Of a DNA stretch of 64,000 nucleotides, positions 17,862-27,915 are shown piece after piece. How positions within the stretch are numbered: the stretch's first letter is position 1; each line of letters opens with the position of its first letter. The stretch comes from Clostridia bacterium. Its GTDB lineage: Bacteria > Bacillota > Clostridia > Christensenellales > CAG-138. The stretch spans positions 10,195-74,194 of the forward strand of contig JAGACA010000020.1 in assembly GCA_017614315.1 (NCBI GenBank), given 5' to 3'. Under the pieces are notes generated by a model. The model was not told the origin of the DNA. It worked only from the letters and a program-made list of their open reading frames with translations, and ran no database searches. A program made the position numbers and the translations under genes.

Positions 17862-18958
17862 TTTTTGTAATCAAAATCCTTTACTCCGCTCAGCTTTTCA
17901 AGGTATCCGTCGTCGATATCCGCCTCGGAAAAGGCGGCCATGCCGTTCATAACGGCGCATGCGCCGCGCATTATCTGAAAGGCGAGCGGACAGCCGCTGC
18001 CCTCGCCCAGCCGCATGTTCAGCATGAGCATGGGATCGAGCCCCAGCTCCTTTTGTGCGACGAGATAGCCCGGCTCCTCGGAAACGTGCGACAGGAATAT
18101 GTGATCCCTGACGCAGGGGCAGAGCCTCGCCGCCGCGAGCGCCGCGGTCACGGAGATCAGCCCGTCCGCCACGGCAGGTATGCGGTAATACGCAGCGCCG
18201 AGATATGCCCCGGTCATGGCGGCGATGTCGAGCCCGCCAACCGCGGCGATAACGCCGACGGGATCCGACGGATCCGGCGCGTTCAGCCTTATCGCGGAGG
18301 CGACGACCTCGCGCTTATGGGAAAGCGCCTCGTCGGAAAGCCCGCTTCCGCGGCCGGTCACCTTAGCGGGATCCGCGCCGGTCAGCACGGAGAGCACGGC
18401 GGCGGAGGTGGTTGTATTGCCTATCCCCATCTCGCCTATGCCGATGATATCGTATCCGTCCGCCTTCGCGTCTTTTGCCGCCTCAAAGCCGACGGAGACA
18501 GCCTTCAAAGCTTCCTCCCGCGACATGGCGGGGCCTCTTAAAATGCTGTCCGTGCCGAAGCGCACCTTGCGGGGGATGATGCCAGGGTATCCCGCGTCGG
18601 CGTTGATGCCCACGTCGTAGACGCGGACGTCGTCGCCGAAGAATTCCGCCAGCGCGCTCATCCCGGTCTTCCTTCGGGTCATGTTCACGGACTGTTTCAG
18701 CGTGACGGACTGGGGCGTGACCGCTACGCCGTCGGCCGCGACGCCGTTATCCGCCGAAAATACGGCGACGAGACGCTTCTCGAGGCTGTTTTCGACCCTG
18801 CCGGTCATACCGGCGAGGCGAACCGAAATATCCTCGAGCCTCCCAAGGCTTCTCGGAGGCTTGGCAAGGCTCACCTGCCGCTTTTGAGCCGCGGAAACGG
18901 CGGCTTCGTCGGCCGGCTTTATCGCGCTTATTATGTCTTTAAGCTCCCGATCGGTCAA
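17858..18958 (-). CDS. cobT: Nicotinate-nucleotide--dimethylbenzimidazole phosphoribosyltransferase
   Basis: GIGEMGIGNTTTSAAV motif, 366 aa. Confidence 0.92.
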   Translation of the reverse strand: MTDRELKDIISAIKPADEAAVSAAQKRQVSLAKPPRSLGRLEDISVRLAGMTGRVENSLEKRLVAVFSADNGVAADGVAVTPQSVTLKQSVNMTRRKTGMSALAEFFGDDVRVYDVGINADAGYPGIIPRKVRFGTDSILRGPAMSREEALKAVSVGFEAAKDAKADGYDIIGIGEMGIGNTTTSAAVLSVLTGADPAKVTGRGSGLSDEALSHKREVVASAIRLNAPDPSDPVGVIAAVGGLDIAAMTGAYLGAAYYRIPAVADGLISVTAALAAARLCPCVRDHIFLSHVSEEPGYLVAQKELGLDPMLMLNMRLGEGSGCPLAFQIMRGACAVMNGMAAFSEADIDDGYLEKLSGVKDFDYKK

Positions 18959-19006
18959 TGGTTTTCCCCTCCGCGATCATTGCCAGAGATCTGTATGTCA
19001 CATTTA

Positions 19007-19035
19007 ATAATACCATAAGAAACAGGGCTTTTCAA
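19007..19035 (-). promoter_or_regulatory. Candidate promoter of the cobT operon
   Basis: Minus strand: TTGAAA (19030-19035), a 17-nt spacer, then TATTAT (19007-19012). Confidence 0.5.
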
Positions 19036-19100
19036 GCAGTCAAAACTGTGTTAAGATAATGAAGGAAAAAGACAAGCTTTCCTTTTTGACGGGAGGACGT

Positions 19101-22100
19101 ATGAGCGCACGGCTTGAGTTCATAATCGGCAGAGCGGGCTCCGGAAAGACGGAGGAGCTCTATTCCCGCATCGCCGCGGTCAAGGCTTCGGGCGACGGCG
19201 CGGAATGCTTCGTGATAGTGCCGGAGCAGGCCACCTTCGAGACCGAAAAGGGACTTTCGGAGCGTCTCTCGGGCGGGCTTTTCGGCTGCACCGTGACATC
19301 ATGGAAGGACATCGCCAGAAGGACGCTCGACAGCGTCGGCGAAAAGAGAGCGTTCCTCTCGCCGGAGGGCAGGATAATGCTCGTAAGAAGGGCTGTCGAC
19401 AAGGTCGCTAAGGATCTCACCGTGTTCAAGAGGTCGGCCGAGCACAGGGGCTTCCCCGTCGAGTGCGACACGCTGATAGCGAAGTTCAAAAGATGCTCCT
19501 TCACGGCGGACGACGTGTCCAAGGCCGCGGAGAGCTTTTACGACGAGGAGCCCATAAAGGCGAAGCTCAAGGATATCGCCCTCATATTCGGCGAGCTCGA
19601 AGCAAGGCTCGCGGACAGATATCTGGACGCGGAGGACATGATGCGCGAGCTCGTCAAAAGGATGGGCGAAAGCCCCCTTAAGGGCGCGCATATATTCATC
19701 GACGGCGGCGATACAATGCATGAATACGTGTATCCCGTTTTCCGCGCGCTCCTCGAAAACGCAGCGAGCGTCGCCGCCGCGATGACGCTGGACGTTTCCT
19801 CCCGCGACAGGGAGCTTTTCGGGGAGGACGCGTTCATATTCGGAAAGCTTAAGGCAATCGCGGAGGAGACGGGAGCCGAATACGCGGTCACGGAGCTTAC
19901 CGAAAGGAAGCGTCCGGGCACGGAGGCCGTCGTGCATCTCGAGCGCGAGCTCTTTGTTCCGAACCCGACGCCTTTTGACAACATGCCCGAGGGCCTCTCG
20001 GTCTATACCGCTCCGGGCAGGCTCGACGAGGTCGCCGAGGCCGCGGAGCGCATGATCGCCGCCTCGAAAAGGATGAACTTCGGCGACATGGCTGTCATCG
20101 TCAGCGACATGGCGGGCTACGCGCCTATCATTCAAAGGGTATTCACGACATACGGCATTCCGTATTTCGCAGACGTTTCAAGGCGTCTCGTCACGCACCC
20201 TGCGGCGAGGCTGATACTCTCCGCGCTCTCGGCCGCCGAAAGCGGGTTCGAGAGCGGGAACGTCATCGAAACGGTAAAGACGGGCTATTTCGATATCACG
20301 CCGGACGAGGCGGAGCTGTTTGAAAACTGTCTCCTGAAGACCGGCATTTCCGGCAAAAGGCTGACCGAGCCTTTCGAGGACGAGGAGGCGGAGCTCGAGG
20401 ACGTAAGGCGGAGGATAATGACCCCCCTTACGGCGTTCAAGGACGCGCTTGCCGATAAGAACTGCGAGTCCCGCACGCGCGCGATCTGCTCGCTCATAGA
20501 CGCGCTCGGCGTCTGCGAAAAACAGAAGGAGCTCTGCTTAAAGCTCCATTCGGAGGGACGTTTCCGCGAGGAGAACGAGAACGCGCAGGTCGTCAACACG
20601 ATTCTCGAGGTGCTCGACCAGCTCTACGTCATAATGGGCGGCGAGACGGTCGGCATGAAGCGGTTCATAAACGTCGTGCGCGAAGGCTTCGAGGCCTACG
20701 GCGTCGGCATGATACCGTCGACCGTCGATCAGGCGCTCATCGGCAGCTACGACAGGACGCGCAGCCGCGAGGTGAAGCTCCTGATCGTGCTTGGCATGAA
20801 CGACGGCCTTTTCCCGAAGCCCAGAAAGGACGAGGGCGTCATCGACGACGGCGACCTGAAGCTTCTGAAGGCGAAGGGTTTCGAGCTGTGGAAGAGCTCC
20901 GAAAGGCTCGCAGCAGGCGACGCGGCGGCCATATATCAGGCGCTCTCGAAGGCGACGGAGGAGATCGTTTTCTCATACCCCGTCAATATCACCGGCGCGG
21001 GCAGGATGGACAAGCCCGCCGCGCCGTGCAGGATACTTTCGTCGATCATGAAGGCGTTCCCGCTCATTCCGGTCGTGAACGGCGTGTTCATAAACAGAAC
21101 GGGCTCGAACGAGGAGCTCGCGTTCCTCGGTCTTGCCGGGAAGCTCCGTGCGTCGTCCGATTCCGGCGTCCCGGATCCCGAGGCGGAGGAGCTCGTTTCG
21201 TGGTTCAACGGCCGCAGGGAATTCAGACCGATGCTCGACGCGATCACCGACGGGCTTTTGAAAAGGAACGGAGCCGCGCCGCTCGGACGCGAGCTCGCGT
21301 CGAGGCTTTACGGCAGGCTCATGTACGGCTCGTCGTCGAGGCTCGAGGCGTTCAACGGCTGTCCGTTCAGGCATTTCATGCAGTACGGACTTTCGGCGAA
21401 GGAACGCGAAGAGCGCGCGGAAAAGACGACCGATCTCGGCCTGTTCTATCACGAAACGCTCGAAACGTACGTAAGATACGTAATGGACCGCGGCCTCGAC
21501 TGGAAGGAGCTCGACGACGAAAAGGTCTTCGAGATATTGAGGGAGATCGTTCCGCCGCTGATCTATAAAAAGGGCGGGCATCTCCTCCTCGACACCGCAC
21601 GTCAGCGAGCGAAGATCAAGGACGTGGTCGAGACGGTCAAATACACCTGCCTAGCAGTCACCCGCCAGATACAGAGCGGAAGCTTCCGCCCCGACGGGTG
21701 CGAGGTCAGCTTCGGCAGAAAGGACTCGGTCTATCCGCCTCTCCGCATAGAGGCCGGCGGCGCAGCGTTCTTCATTAGCGGCGTTATCGACCGCGTCGAC
21801 AGGTCGGGAGACATGAGCCGCATAATCGACTACAAATCCTACGCAAAGGATTTCGAGTATTCCGCGCTGAAAAACGGGCTCCAGCTCCAGCTCCCGCTCT
21901 ACGCCGCGGCGATAGACTCGGCAGAAACGGTCGGCATGTACTATATGCCCATAAAGGATATTCTCCCCGAGCTGGACGAATCGGGCGAGATACGGAAGGA
22001 GCTCACTGACGAGCTCATGAAGGAATTCATGCTGAAGGGCATAATGCTGAACGAGGCGGAGGTCATCGCCGCCACGGAGGATCTGGGCGTCAGTCCGACG

Positions 22101-22400
22101 GTATTCGGCATGAAGGCGGGTAAGGACGGCTCGGTCACGGGGACGGGGCTCGTTTCGGCGGATGAATTCGCCTATGCAGTGGATTATGCAAAGCGAAAAG
22201 CCGCGGAAACGCTCTCGAACATACTCGACGGCGACATCTCCATCAGCCCCGCGAGGTTAAGATCGCACGGCAAAGCGTATCTTCACTGCGGCCTCTGTCC
22301 GTATTCCGACGTGTGCCTCTACGACCCGGAGCTCGATCCGAACGGCGTCAGGGAGATATACCCCATGAAGGCGGAGGACTTCTTTAATGGCGAAAACTAA
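19101..22400 (+). CDS. addB: ATP-dependent helicase/nuclease subunit B (AddB/RexB)
   Basis: The RBS GGGAGGA precedes MSARLEFIIGRAGSGKT. The C-terminal nuclease/Fe-S region has CPFRHF...CGLCPYSDVC. About 1100 aa. Confidence 0.9.
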   Translation: MSARLEFIIGRAGSGKTEELYSRIAAVKASGDGAECFVIVPEQATFETEKGLSERLSGGLFGCTVTSWKDIARRTLDSVGEKRAFLSPEGRIMLVRRAVDKVAKDLTVFKRSAEHRGFPVECDTLIAKFKRCSFTADDVSKAAESFYDEEPIKAKLKDIALIFGELEARLADRYLDAEDMMRELVKRMGESPLKGAHIFIDGGDTMHEYVYPVFRALLENAASVAAAMTLDVSSRDRELFGEDAFIFGKLKAIAEETGAEYAVTELTERKRPGTEAVVHLERELFVPNPTPFDNMPEGLSVYTAPGRLDEVAEAAERMIAASKRMNFGDMAVIVSDMAGYAPIIQRVFTTYGIPYFADVSRRLVTHPAARLILSALSAAESGFESGNVIETVKTGYFDITPDEAELFENCLLKTGISGKRLTEPFEDEEAELEDVRRRIMTPLTAFKDALADKNCESRTRAICSLIDALGVCEKQKELCLKLHSEGRFREENENAQVVNTILEVLDQLYVIMGGETVGMKRFINVVREGFEAYGVGMIPSTVDQALIGSYDRTRSREVKLLIVLGMNDGLFPKPRKDEGVIDDGDLKLLKAKGFELWKSSERLAAGDAAAIYQALSKATEEIVFSYPVNITGAGRMDKPAAPCRILSSIMKAFPLIPVVNGVFINRTGSNEELAFLGLAGKLRASSDSGVPDPEAEELVSWFNGRREFRPMLDAITDGLLKRNGAAPLGRELASRLYGRLMYGSSSRLEAFNGCPFRHFMQYGLSAKEREERAEKTTDLGLFYHETLETYVRYVMDRGLDWKELDDEKVFEILREIVPPLIYKKGGHLLLDTARQRAKIKDVVETVKYTCLAVTRQIQSGSFRPDGCEVSFGRKDSVYPPLRIEAGGAAFFISGVIDRVDRSGDMSRIIDYKSYAKDFEYSALKNGLQLQLPLYAAAIDSAETVGMYYMPIKDILPELDESGEIRKELTDELMKEFMLKGIMLNEAEVIAATEDLGVSPTVFGMKAGKDGSVTGTGLVSADEFAYAVDYAKRKAAETLSNILDGDISISPARLRSHGKAYLHCGLCPYSDVCLYDPELDPNGVREIYPMKAEDFFNGEN

Positions 22401-22971
22401 GCCCGGAAAAGATTCTATGGACGACGAAAAACTCAAATGGGACGCCCTTGACGAAAGGGAGCTTCTTAAGACCCGCGTGTTCAGGGTGCTTTCGCGGCGC
22501 GAGAGGGCGGGGGATATCGAGGGCGACTATATCGCGCTCGACGCTCCCGACTGCGTGGTCGTTATTCCCGAATACAGGGGCAATTTCGTGCTCGTAAGGC
22601 AGTGGCGGCACGGCGCGGGCAGGCTCACGACGGAGTTCCCGGGCGGCGTCGTCGACCGCGGCGAGGATCCGCGCGAGGCGGCTCTCCGCGAGCTTCGCGA
22701 GGAGACGGGCTATCGGGCCGGCAGCATGGAACTGCTCGGCGTATGCAGCCCCAATCCCGCGCTTTTCAACAGCAGGTTCTACTGCTTCCTCGCGCGGGAG
22801 CTCGAGCCCGCAGGGAAGCTCGAGCCCGATCCGGACGAGCTTTTGAACGTGTTCCTCCGCCCGATAGACGAGGCGATCGCCGATTTCGGCGGCGAGGACG
22901 AGACACACGCGTTCATGGGCGCGGCGCTCGCGTTCTATTTAAGAGCAAAAATGTATCCCGAGCTCACTTGA
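22387..22971 (+). CDS. Nudix hydrolase (ADP-ribose pyrophosphatase-like)
   Basis: Nudix box GGVVDRGEDPREAALRELREETGY. The start overlaps the addB stop by 14 nt. Confidence 0.85.
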   Translation: MAKTKPGKDSMDDEKLKWDALDERELLKTRVFRVLSRRERAGDIEGDYIALDAPDCVVVIPEYRGNFVLVRQWRHGAGRLTTEFPGGVVDRGEDPREAALRELREETGYRAGSMELLGVCSPNPALFNSRFYCFLARELEPAGKLEPDPDELLNVFLRPIDEAIADFGGEDETHAFMGAALAFYLRAKMYPELT

Positions 22972-22996
22972 CATATCGGCGTTTTTGAGGTAAAAT
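22968..22996 (+). promoter_or_regulatory. Promoter of the pheST leader
   Basis: TTGACA (22968-22973), a 17-nt spacer, then TAAAAT (22991-22996). Confidence 0.7.
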
Positions 22997-23002
22997 ACGA
23001 AT

Positions 23003-23252
23003 TCGTACAGGCAATGACGGGGAAAAGCCGAGCAAGCTTTGAAAGAGAGACGCGCGCTGCGCTGAAAGCGCGTTAAAGCGGGCAAAGCATAAAGTTCGCC
23101 CCCGAGCCCCGACGGTGAAGTCGTTCCGATGCGTAGCCGCCGGCGGGTGCGCCCGTTAAAGCGCGCGATGAGGCGCGGGATCTCCCCGCGTGAAATTGGG
23201 TGGTACCACGGCTGTATGCCGTCCCATGGGGACGCATGCGGCTTTTGTTTTT
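23003..23252 (+). promoter_or_regulatory. T-box leader (Phe specifier UUC) with terminator
   Basis: An AGAGA motif sits near 23044. The candidate specifier is AAAG-TTC-G at 23095-23097. The conserved T-box sequence AATTGGGTGGTACCACGG lies at about 23193-23212. A terminator stem CGTCCC-atg-GGGACG is followed by CTTTTGTTTTT, ending at 23252. Confidence 0.88.
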
Positions 23253-23277
23253 GAATCAACGAAAGGAGTTTTGATAA

Positions 23278-24306
23278 ATGTTTGAAGAGCTGCTTAAGAT
23301 ACGCGAGGCGGCTTTGACGGAGCTGGAGGCGATCAAGAACGCCGACGAGCTCAACGAGCTTTCGACGCAGGTGCTCGGCAGGGGCGGCAAGCTTACCGCC
23401 ATACTCCGCACCATGGGCAAGCTCTCCCAGGAGGAGAGGGCCGCTCTCGGACAGAAGGCGAACGCCGTTAAGCAGGAGCTTATCGAAAAGTTCGAGGAGC
23501 GCAAAGCCGCGCTCAGCGAGCTTGCCGAAAGGCTCAGGATCGAGCGCGAGGAGATCGACGTTACCCTCCCCGGCACGCGCAGAGCAGTCCCCATGGGCGC
23601 GCTCAACCCGCTCACGCTCGTCTACCGCGAGATCCGCGACGCACTGATCGGCCTCGGCTTCACCACCTTCGAGGGTCCCGAGATCGAGTACGACGAGTAT
23701 AACTTCACGCTCCTTAACCTCCCGCCGAATCATCCGGCAAGGGATATGCAGGACACCTTCTACGTCAACGACAAGGTGCTTCTGAGGACGCATACCTCCC
23801 CGTGTGAGGCAAGGGCATTGAAGACGCTCGATCTGCCTTTCAGACTCGTCATACCGGGGCGCTGCTTCCGCGTGGACGAGCCCGACGCGAGCCACAGCCC
23901 CGTATTCATGCAGATGGAGGGTCTCGTGGTCGACAGGAACGTTTCCATAGCCGACCTGAAGGGCACGATCGACTCCTTCGTAAAGGCCGTATTCGGCGAG
24001 AACGTCGAGTCGAGGCTCCGTCCCAGCTATTTCCCGTTCACGGAGCCGTCGGCGGAGGTAGACATCTCCTGCACCATCTGCGGCGGCAATGGCTGTTCCT
24101 CCTGTAAGGGCACAGGCTGGATGGAGATAATGGGCTGCGGCATCACCAACCCGCACGAGATCGAGAACTGCGGCAAATCTCCCGACGAGTGGCGCGCGTT
24201 CGCGTGGGGCGTCGGCGTCGACCGCGTCGCATGCCTTAAATACGGCATCAGCGACATCCGCCTCATCTACGAAGGCGACGGCCGATTCCTCAGTCAGTTC
24301 AAGTAA
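23278..24306 (+). CDS. pheS: Phenylalanine--tRNA ligase alpha subunit
   Basis: 342 aa with class II motifs (FRVDEPDASHSPVFMQMEG and AWGVGVDR), downstream of the Phe T-box. Confidence 0.95.
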   Translation: MFEELLKIREAALTELEAIKNADELNELSTQVLGRGGKLTAILRTMGKLSQEERAALGQKANAVKQELIEKFEERKAALSELAERLRIEREEIDVTLPGTRRAVPMGALNPLTLVYREIRDALIGLGFTTFEGPEIEYDEYNFTLLNLPPNHPARDMQDTFYVNDKVLLRTHTSPCEARALKTLDLPFRLVIPGRCFRVDEPDASHSPVFMQMEGLVVDRNVSIADLKGTIDSFVKAVFGENVESRLRPSYFPFTEPSAEVDISCTICGGNGCSSCKGTGWMEIMGCGITNPHEIENCGKSPDEWRAFAWGVGVDRVACLKYGISDIRLIYEGDGRFLSQFK

Positions 24307-24321
24307 GAGAGGTATCCGATC

Positions 24322-26736
24322 ATGAAACTGCCCCTTAAATGGTTAAAAGAATACGTCCCCTTTAATACCACGCCCAAAGATTTTGCCGAGAGGATGCTCC
24401 TGCGCGGCTTTGAGGTCGCGGATATCATACCCGAGATGGGCGAGGTCGACGGAGTTTACGTCTGCGAGATACTGGCGATAGAGCCCCATCCCAACGCCGA
24501 CAAGCTCCGCGTCTGTACGGTCGACGCGGGCCGCGAGGCGCCTTATCAGATCGTCACCAACGCCACGAACGTCAAGGTCGGCGATCAGGTGCCCGTCGCG
24601 CTCGACGGCGCGAAGCTCACCGGCAATTTCGAGATACACCCGACCAAGATGCGCGGAGTCGATTCCGCGGGCATGTTCTGCGGGAACGAGGAGCTCGGCA
24701 TAACGAACGCCGAGTATCCCGGCTGCGAGAACGGCGGCGTCATGGTGTTCCTCGAAAAGCACCCGAACGGTCAGCGCATACAGGAGGCGCTCGATCTCGA
24801 CGACTGCATTTTCGAGATAGAGCTCACCCCCAACCGTCCCGACTGCCAGTCGATAATCGGCATCTGCCGCGAGGCCGCCGCCGCGCTCGGCGAAAAGTTC
24901 ATTGAGCCCGTACCGAAGATAGTCGAGGGCTCAGGCGACTGCCGAAGGATCGCTTCCGTCACGGTCGAGAATCCCTATCTCTGCCCCAGATACACCGCAA
25001 GGGTCGTGACAGATCTCGTCATCGAGCCGTCGCCCGTCTGGATGCAGAGGAAGCTTAAGCAGGTGGGCATGCGTCCCATCAACAACATAGTCGACATCAC
25101 GAACCTCGTGCTGGTCGAGTACGGCCATCCCATGCACGCGTTCGATCTCGCCTGCGTCAAGGACAGCCATATCGTCGTAAGGAACGCCAAGGAGAACGAG
25201 AGCGTGTTCACCCTCGACGGCAAGGAGAGGATAATGAGCTCCGATATGCTCCTCATCGCCGATCCCGAAAAAGGCGTAGGCGTCGCGGGCGTTATGGGCG
25301 GCCTCAACAGCGAGATCACCGAAAACACCAAGGCGACCCTCTTCGAAAGCGCCGTGTTCCGTCCCGAGAACATCCGCTCCACCGCAAGGAAGCTGCACCA
25401 CGTCACCGATTCCGCGGCAAGGTTCATCAAGGGCGTCGAGCCCGTCAACGCGAAGCTCGCTCTTGACCGCGCGATAGAGCTCGTCGAGGAGCTGCACGCG
25501 GGCAAGGTCATGGGCGGCATGATCGACGTCTGCGCCGCCGACCTCGGAACGAAGCGCGTCTCCGCGTCCGTCGCCCACGTCAACGAGATACTGAACACCG
25601 ACCTTCCGGCGGACGAAATGGTTCGTCTGCTCGGCTCGATCAACATTCACGCCGAGGCGAAGGACGGCAGGCTCGACGTCACCGTCCCGCATTTCCGCAC
25701 GGATATAGAGGACGGCATCGAGACCGACTGGGACATCGCCGAGGAGATCGGAAGGCTTTACGGCTACGGCAATATCGCTCCGACGCTCATGCGCGGCGAC
25801 ACGTTCAGGGGACGCATCGGGCTTCCCTTCAAGGACGAGGACGTGATCAAGGACACCATGGCGGCGCTCGGCTGCCTTGAGCTTTACAATTACAACTTCA
25901 TCTCCCCGAAGGAGCTCGACGATCTCATGCTCGGCGAAAACGACGAGCGCAGGCTCGCCGTCAAGCTCCTGAACCCGTTCGGCGAGGATCAGAGCTTAAT
26001 GCGCACCGAGCTCGCGGGCGGGCTCATGCGCGCCGCGGCGCTCAACCTTAACCGCAAGACCGGCTTCGGCCGCTTCTTCGAGGTGGGCAACGTTCATTTC
26101 AATAGGGGTGACCTCCCCGAGGAAAGGAAGCTCCTCGGCGTCATCCATTTCGGGCAGGACGAGGATTTCTTCACGCTCAAGGGCACGCTCGAAGCGCTCT
26201 TCGACAAGATCGGCGTGACGAACGTCCGCTTCGAAAAGGGCGGATCGAACCACCTCCATCCCACGAGGAAGGCGGAGATATTTGCCGACGGCGAAAAGCT
26301 GGGCGAGATCGGCGCAGTCCATCCCAAGACGCTCCGCGCGTTCGGCATCTCGCAGGACGCGTACATCTCCGAGCTCGATTTCGCGGCGATAAGGAGGCAT
26401 ATGATCAGGGTCAGGAAGTATAAGCCCCTGCCCAAGCATCCCGCCGTGCAGCGCGACCTCGCGCTGATAGTCGACGATAAGACCGAGGCGCAGGAGGTCA
26501 TCGACGTTATCGCCGCCGCGAAGGCGCACGTCAAGGTCGAGAACATCCGCGTGTTCGACGTCTACCGTCCGAAGCTCCCCGGCGATAAGGGGATCCCCGA
26601 GGGCAAAAAGTCCATGGCGTTCACGTTCACGCTCCGCGCCGACGACCATACCCTCACGGACGATGAGATCGGTCAGGCGGTCAACGCGATACTCAAGAGC
26701 CTTAAGTTCCGTCTGAACGCCGAACTGAGGGCGTAA
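24322..26736 (+). CDS. pheT: Phenylalanine--tRNA ligase beta subunit
   Basis: 804 aa. Starts MKLPLKWLKEYV, with a tRNA-binding domain and B3/4, B5 and FDX-ACB-like regions. Confidence 0.95.
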   Translation: MKLPLKWLKEYVPFNTTPKDFAERMLLRGFEVADIIPEMGEVDGVYVCEILAIEPHPNADKLRVCTVDAGREAPYQIVTNATNVKVGDQVPVALDGAKLTGNFEIHPTKMRGVDSAGMFCGNEELGITNAEYPGCENGGVMVFLEKHPNGQRIQEALDLDDCIFEIELTPNRPDCQSIIGICREAAAALGEKFIEPVPKIVEGSGDCRRIASVTVENPYLCPRYTARVVTDLVIEPSPVWMQRKLKQVGMRPINNIVDITNLVLVEYGHPMHAFDLACVKDSHIVVRNAKENESVFTLDGKERIMSSDMLLIADPEKGVGVAGVMGGLNSEITENTKATLFESAVFRPENIRSTARKLHHVTDSAARFIKGVEPVNAKLALDRAIELVEELHAGKVMGGMIDVCAADLGTKRVSASVAHVNEILNTDLPADEMVRLLGSINIHAEAKDGRLDVTVPHFRTDIEDGIETDWDIAEEIGRLYGYGNIAPTLMRGDTFRGRIGLPFKDEDVIKDTMAALGCLELYNYNFISPKELDDLMLGENDERRLAVKLLNPFGEDQSLMRTELAGGLMRAAALNLNRKTGFGRFFEVGNVHFNRGDLPEERKLLGVIHFGQDEDFFTLKGTLEALFDKIGVTNVRFEKGGSNHLHPTRKAEIFADGEKLGEIGAVHPKTLRAFGISQDAYISELDFAAIRRHMIRVRKYKPLPKHPAVQRDLALIVDDKTEAQEVIDVIAAAKAHVKVENIRVFDVYRPKLPGDKGIPEGKKSMAFTFTLRADDHTLTDDEIGQAVNAILKSLKFRLNAELRA

Positions 26737-26750
26737 AGGACAAAAACAAA

Positions 26751-26809
26751 AGAAGGCAGGTCAGGGCGCATCTCCTTAAGTGAAAGCACCCTTCTCCTGC
26801 CTTCTTTTT
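26751..26809. terminator. Bidirectional terminator (pheT / prfB)
   Basis: A 10-bp stem, AGAAGGCAGG...CCTGCCTTCT, with T/A runs on both sides. Confidence 0.6.
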
Positions 26810-26819
26810 ATATCGCGGA

Positions 26820-27915
26820 TCACATCTTGATAAGGTACTGGTGAATGAATTCGTCGATCTCGCCGTCCATGACCGCCTGGATATTGCCCGTCTCGCAGCC
26901 GGTGCGGTGATCCTTGACCATCGTATAGGGCTGGAACACGTACGAGCGGATCTGGCTGCCCCATTCGATCTTCTTCAGCTCGCCCTTTATGTCGGCCATC
27001 TTCTCCATGCGCTCACGCTCCTTGATCTCAAGGAGCTTGCCCTTTAATATGCGCATGGCGACTTCCTTGTTCTGCAGCTGGCTCCTCTCGTTCTGGCACT
27101 GCACGACGATGCCCGTCGCGAAATGCGTTATGCGGATGGCGGAGGAGACCTTGTTGACGTTCTGGCCGCCCGCGCCGCCGGAGCGGTACGTGTCGATCCT
27201 TATATCCTCGGGCTTGATCTCGATGGAATTGTCGTCCTCGGTCAGTATGGGAGTGACGTCGAGCGAAGCGAAGCTCGTATGCCTCCTGCCGGAGGAGTCG
27301 AACGGGCTTATGCGGACGAGCCTGTGCACGCCCTTCTCGGCCTTAAGGTAGCCGTAAGCGTTCTCGCCCTGCACCTCGAAGGTGACGGACTTGATGCCCG
27401 CCTCTTCGCCGTCCAGAAGGTCGAGCTCCTTTACGGTAAAGCCCGAACGCTCACAGTAGCGGACGTACATGCGGTAGAGCATGCTGACCCAGTCCTGCGC
27501 CTCGGTGCCGCCGGCTCCCGCGTGGAGCGAAAGCACCGCGTTGTATGCGTCGTACGGTCCGGTCAGAAGCGCGGCAAGATGGAAATCCTCGACGGCCTTT
27601 TGAAGCTTTTCAAAGGATTCGGGCACCTCGTTCGCAAGATCCTCGTCCTCTGCGCCCATGTCCATGAGCACCTCGAAGTCCTCGCACATGGACTCGAGCT
27701 TTGAGTATTTGTCGAGCTTGCCCGAAATGGACTTCATGCGCTGGTTGACCTTGTTCGCGTTCTCGACGTCGTCCCAAAAGCCGTCCCTGCCCATCTCGTC
27801 CTCTAACTTTTTCTTTTCCTCCGCAAGCTCGGCGACCTTAAAGGGATTCACCCGCCTGCTTGAGGGCAGCGATCACCGCCGTAAGCTGCTGGCGGTACTC
27901 ATCCATGATGATCAT
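26820..27915 (-). CDS. prfB: Peptide chain release factor 2, requiring a programmed +1 frameshift: complement(join(27841..27915, 26820..27839))
   Basis: Frame 0 reads MIIMDEYRQQLTAVIAALKQAGESL and then TAA (27838-27840). The +1 frame continues KVAELAEEKKK and carries the SPF and GGQ motifs. The shift site is CTT TAA G. Confidence 0.9.

Noticed and set aside
18959-19100. A cobalamin riboswitch upstream of the cobT operon.
   Set aside because: Only about 100 nt separate cobT from divergent addB, mostly occupied by promoters. I see no B12-box-like sequence, and the space is too short for the ~200-nt element.
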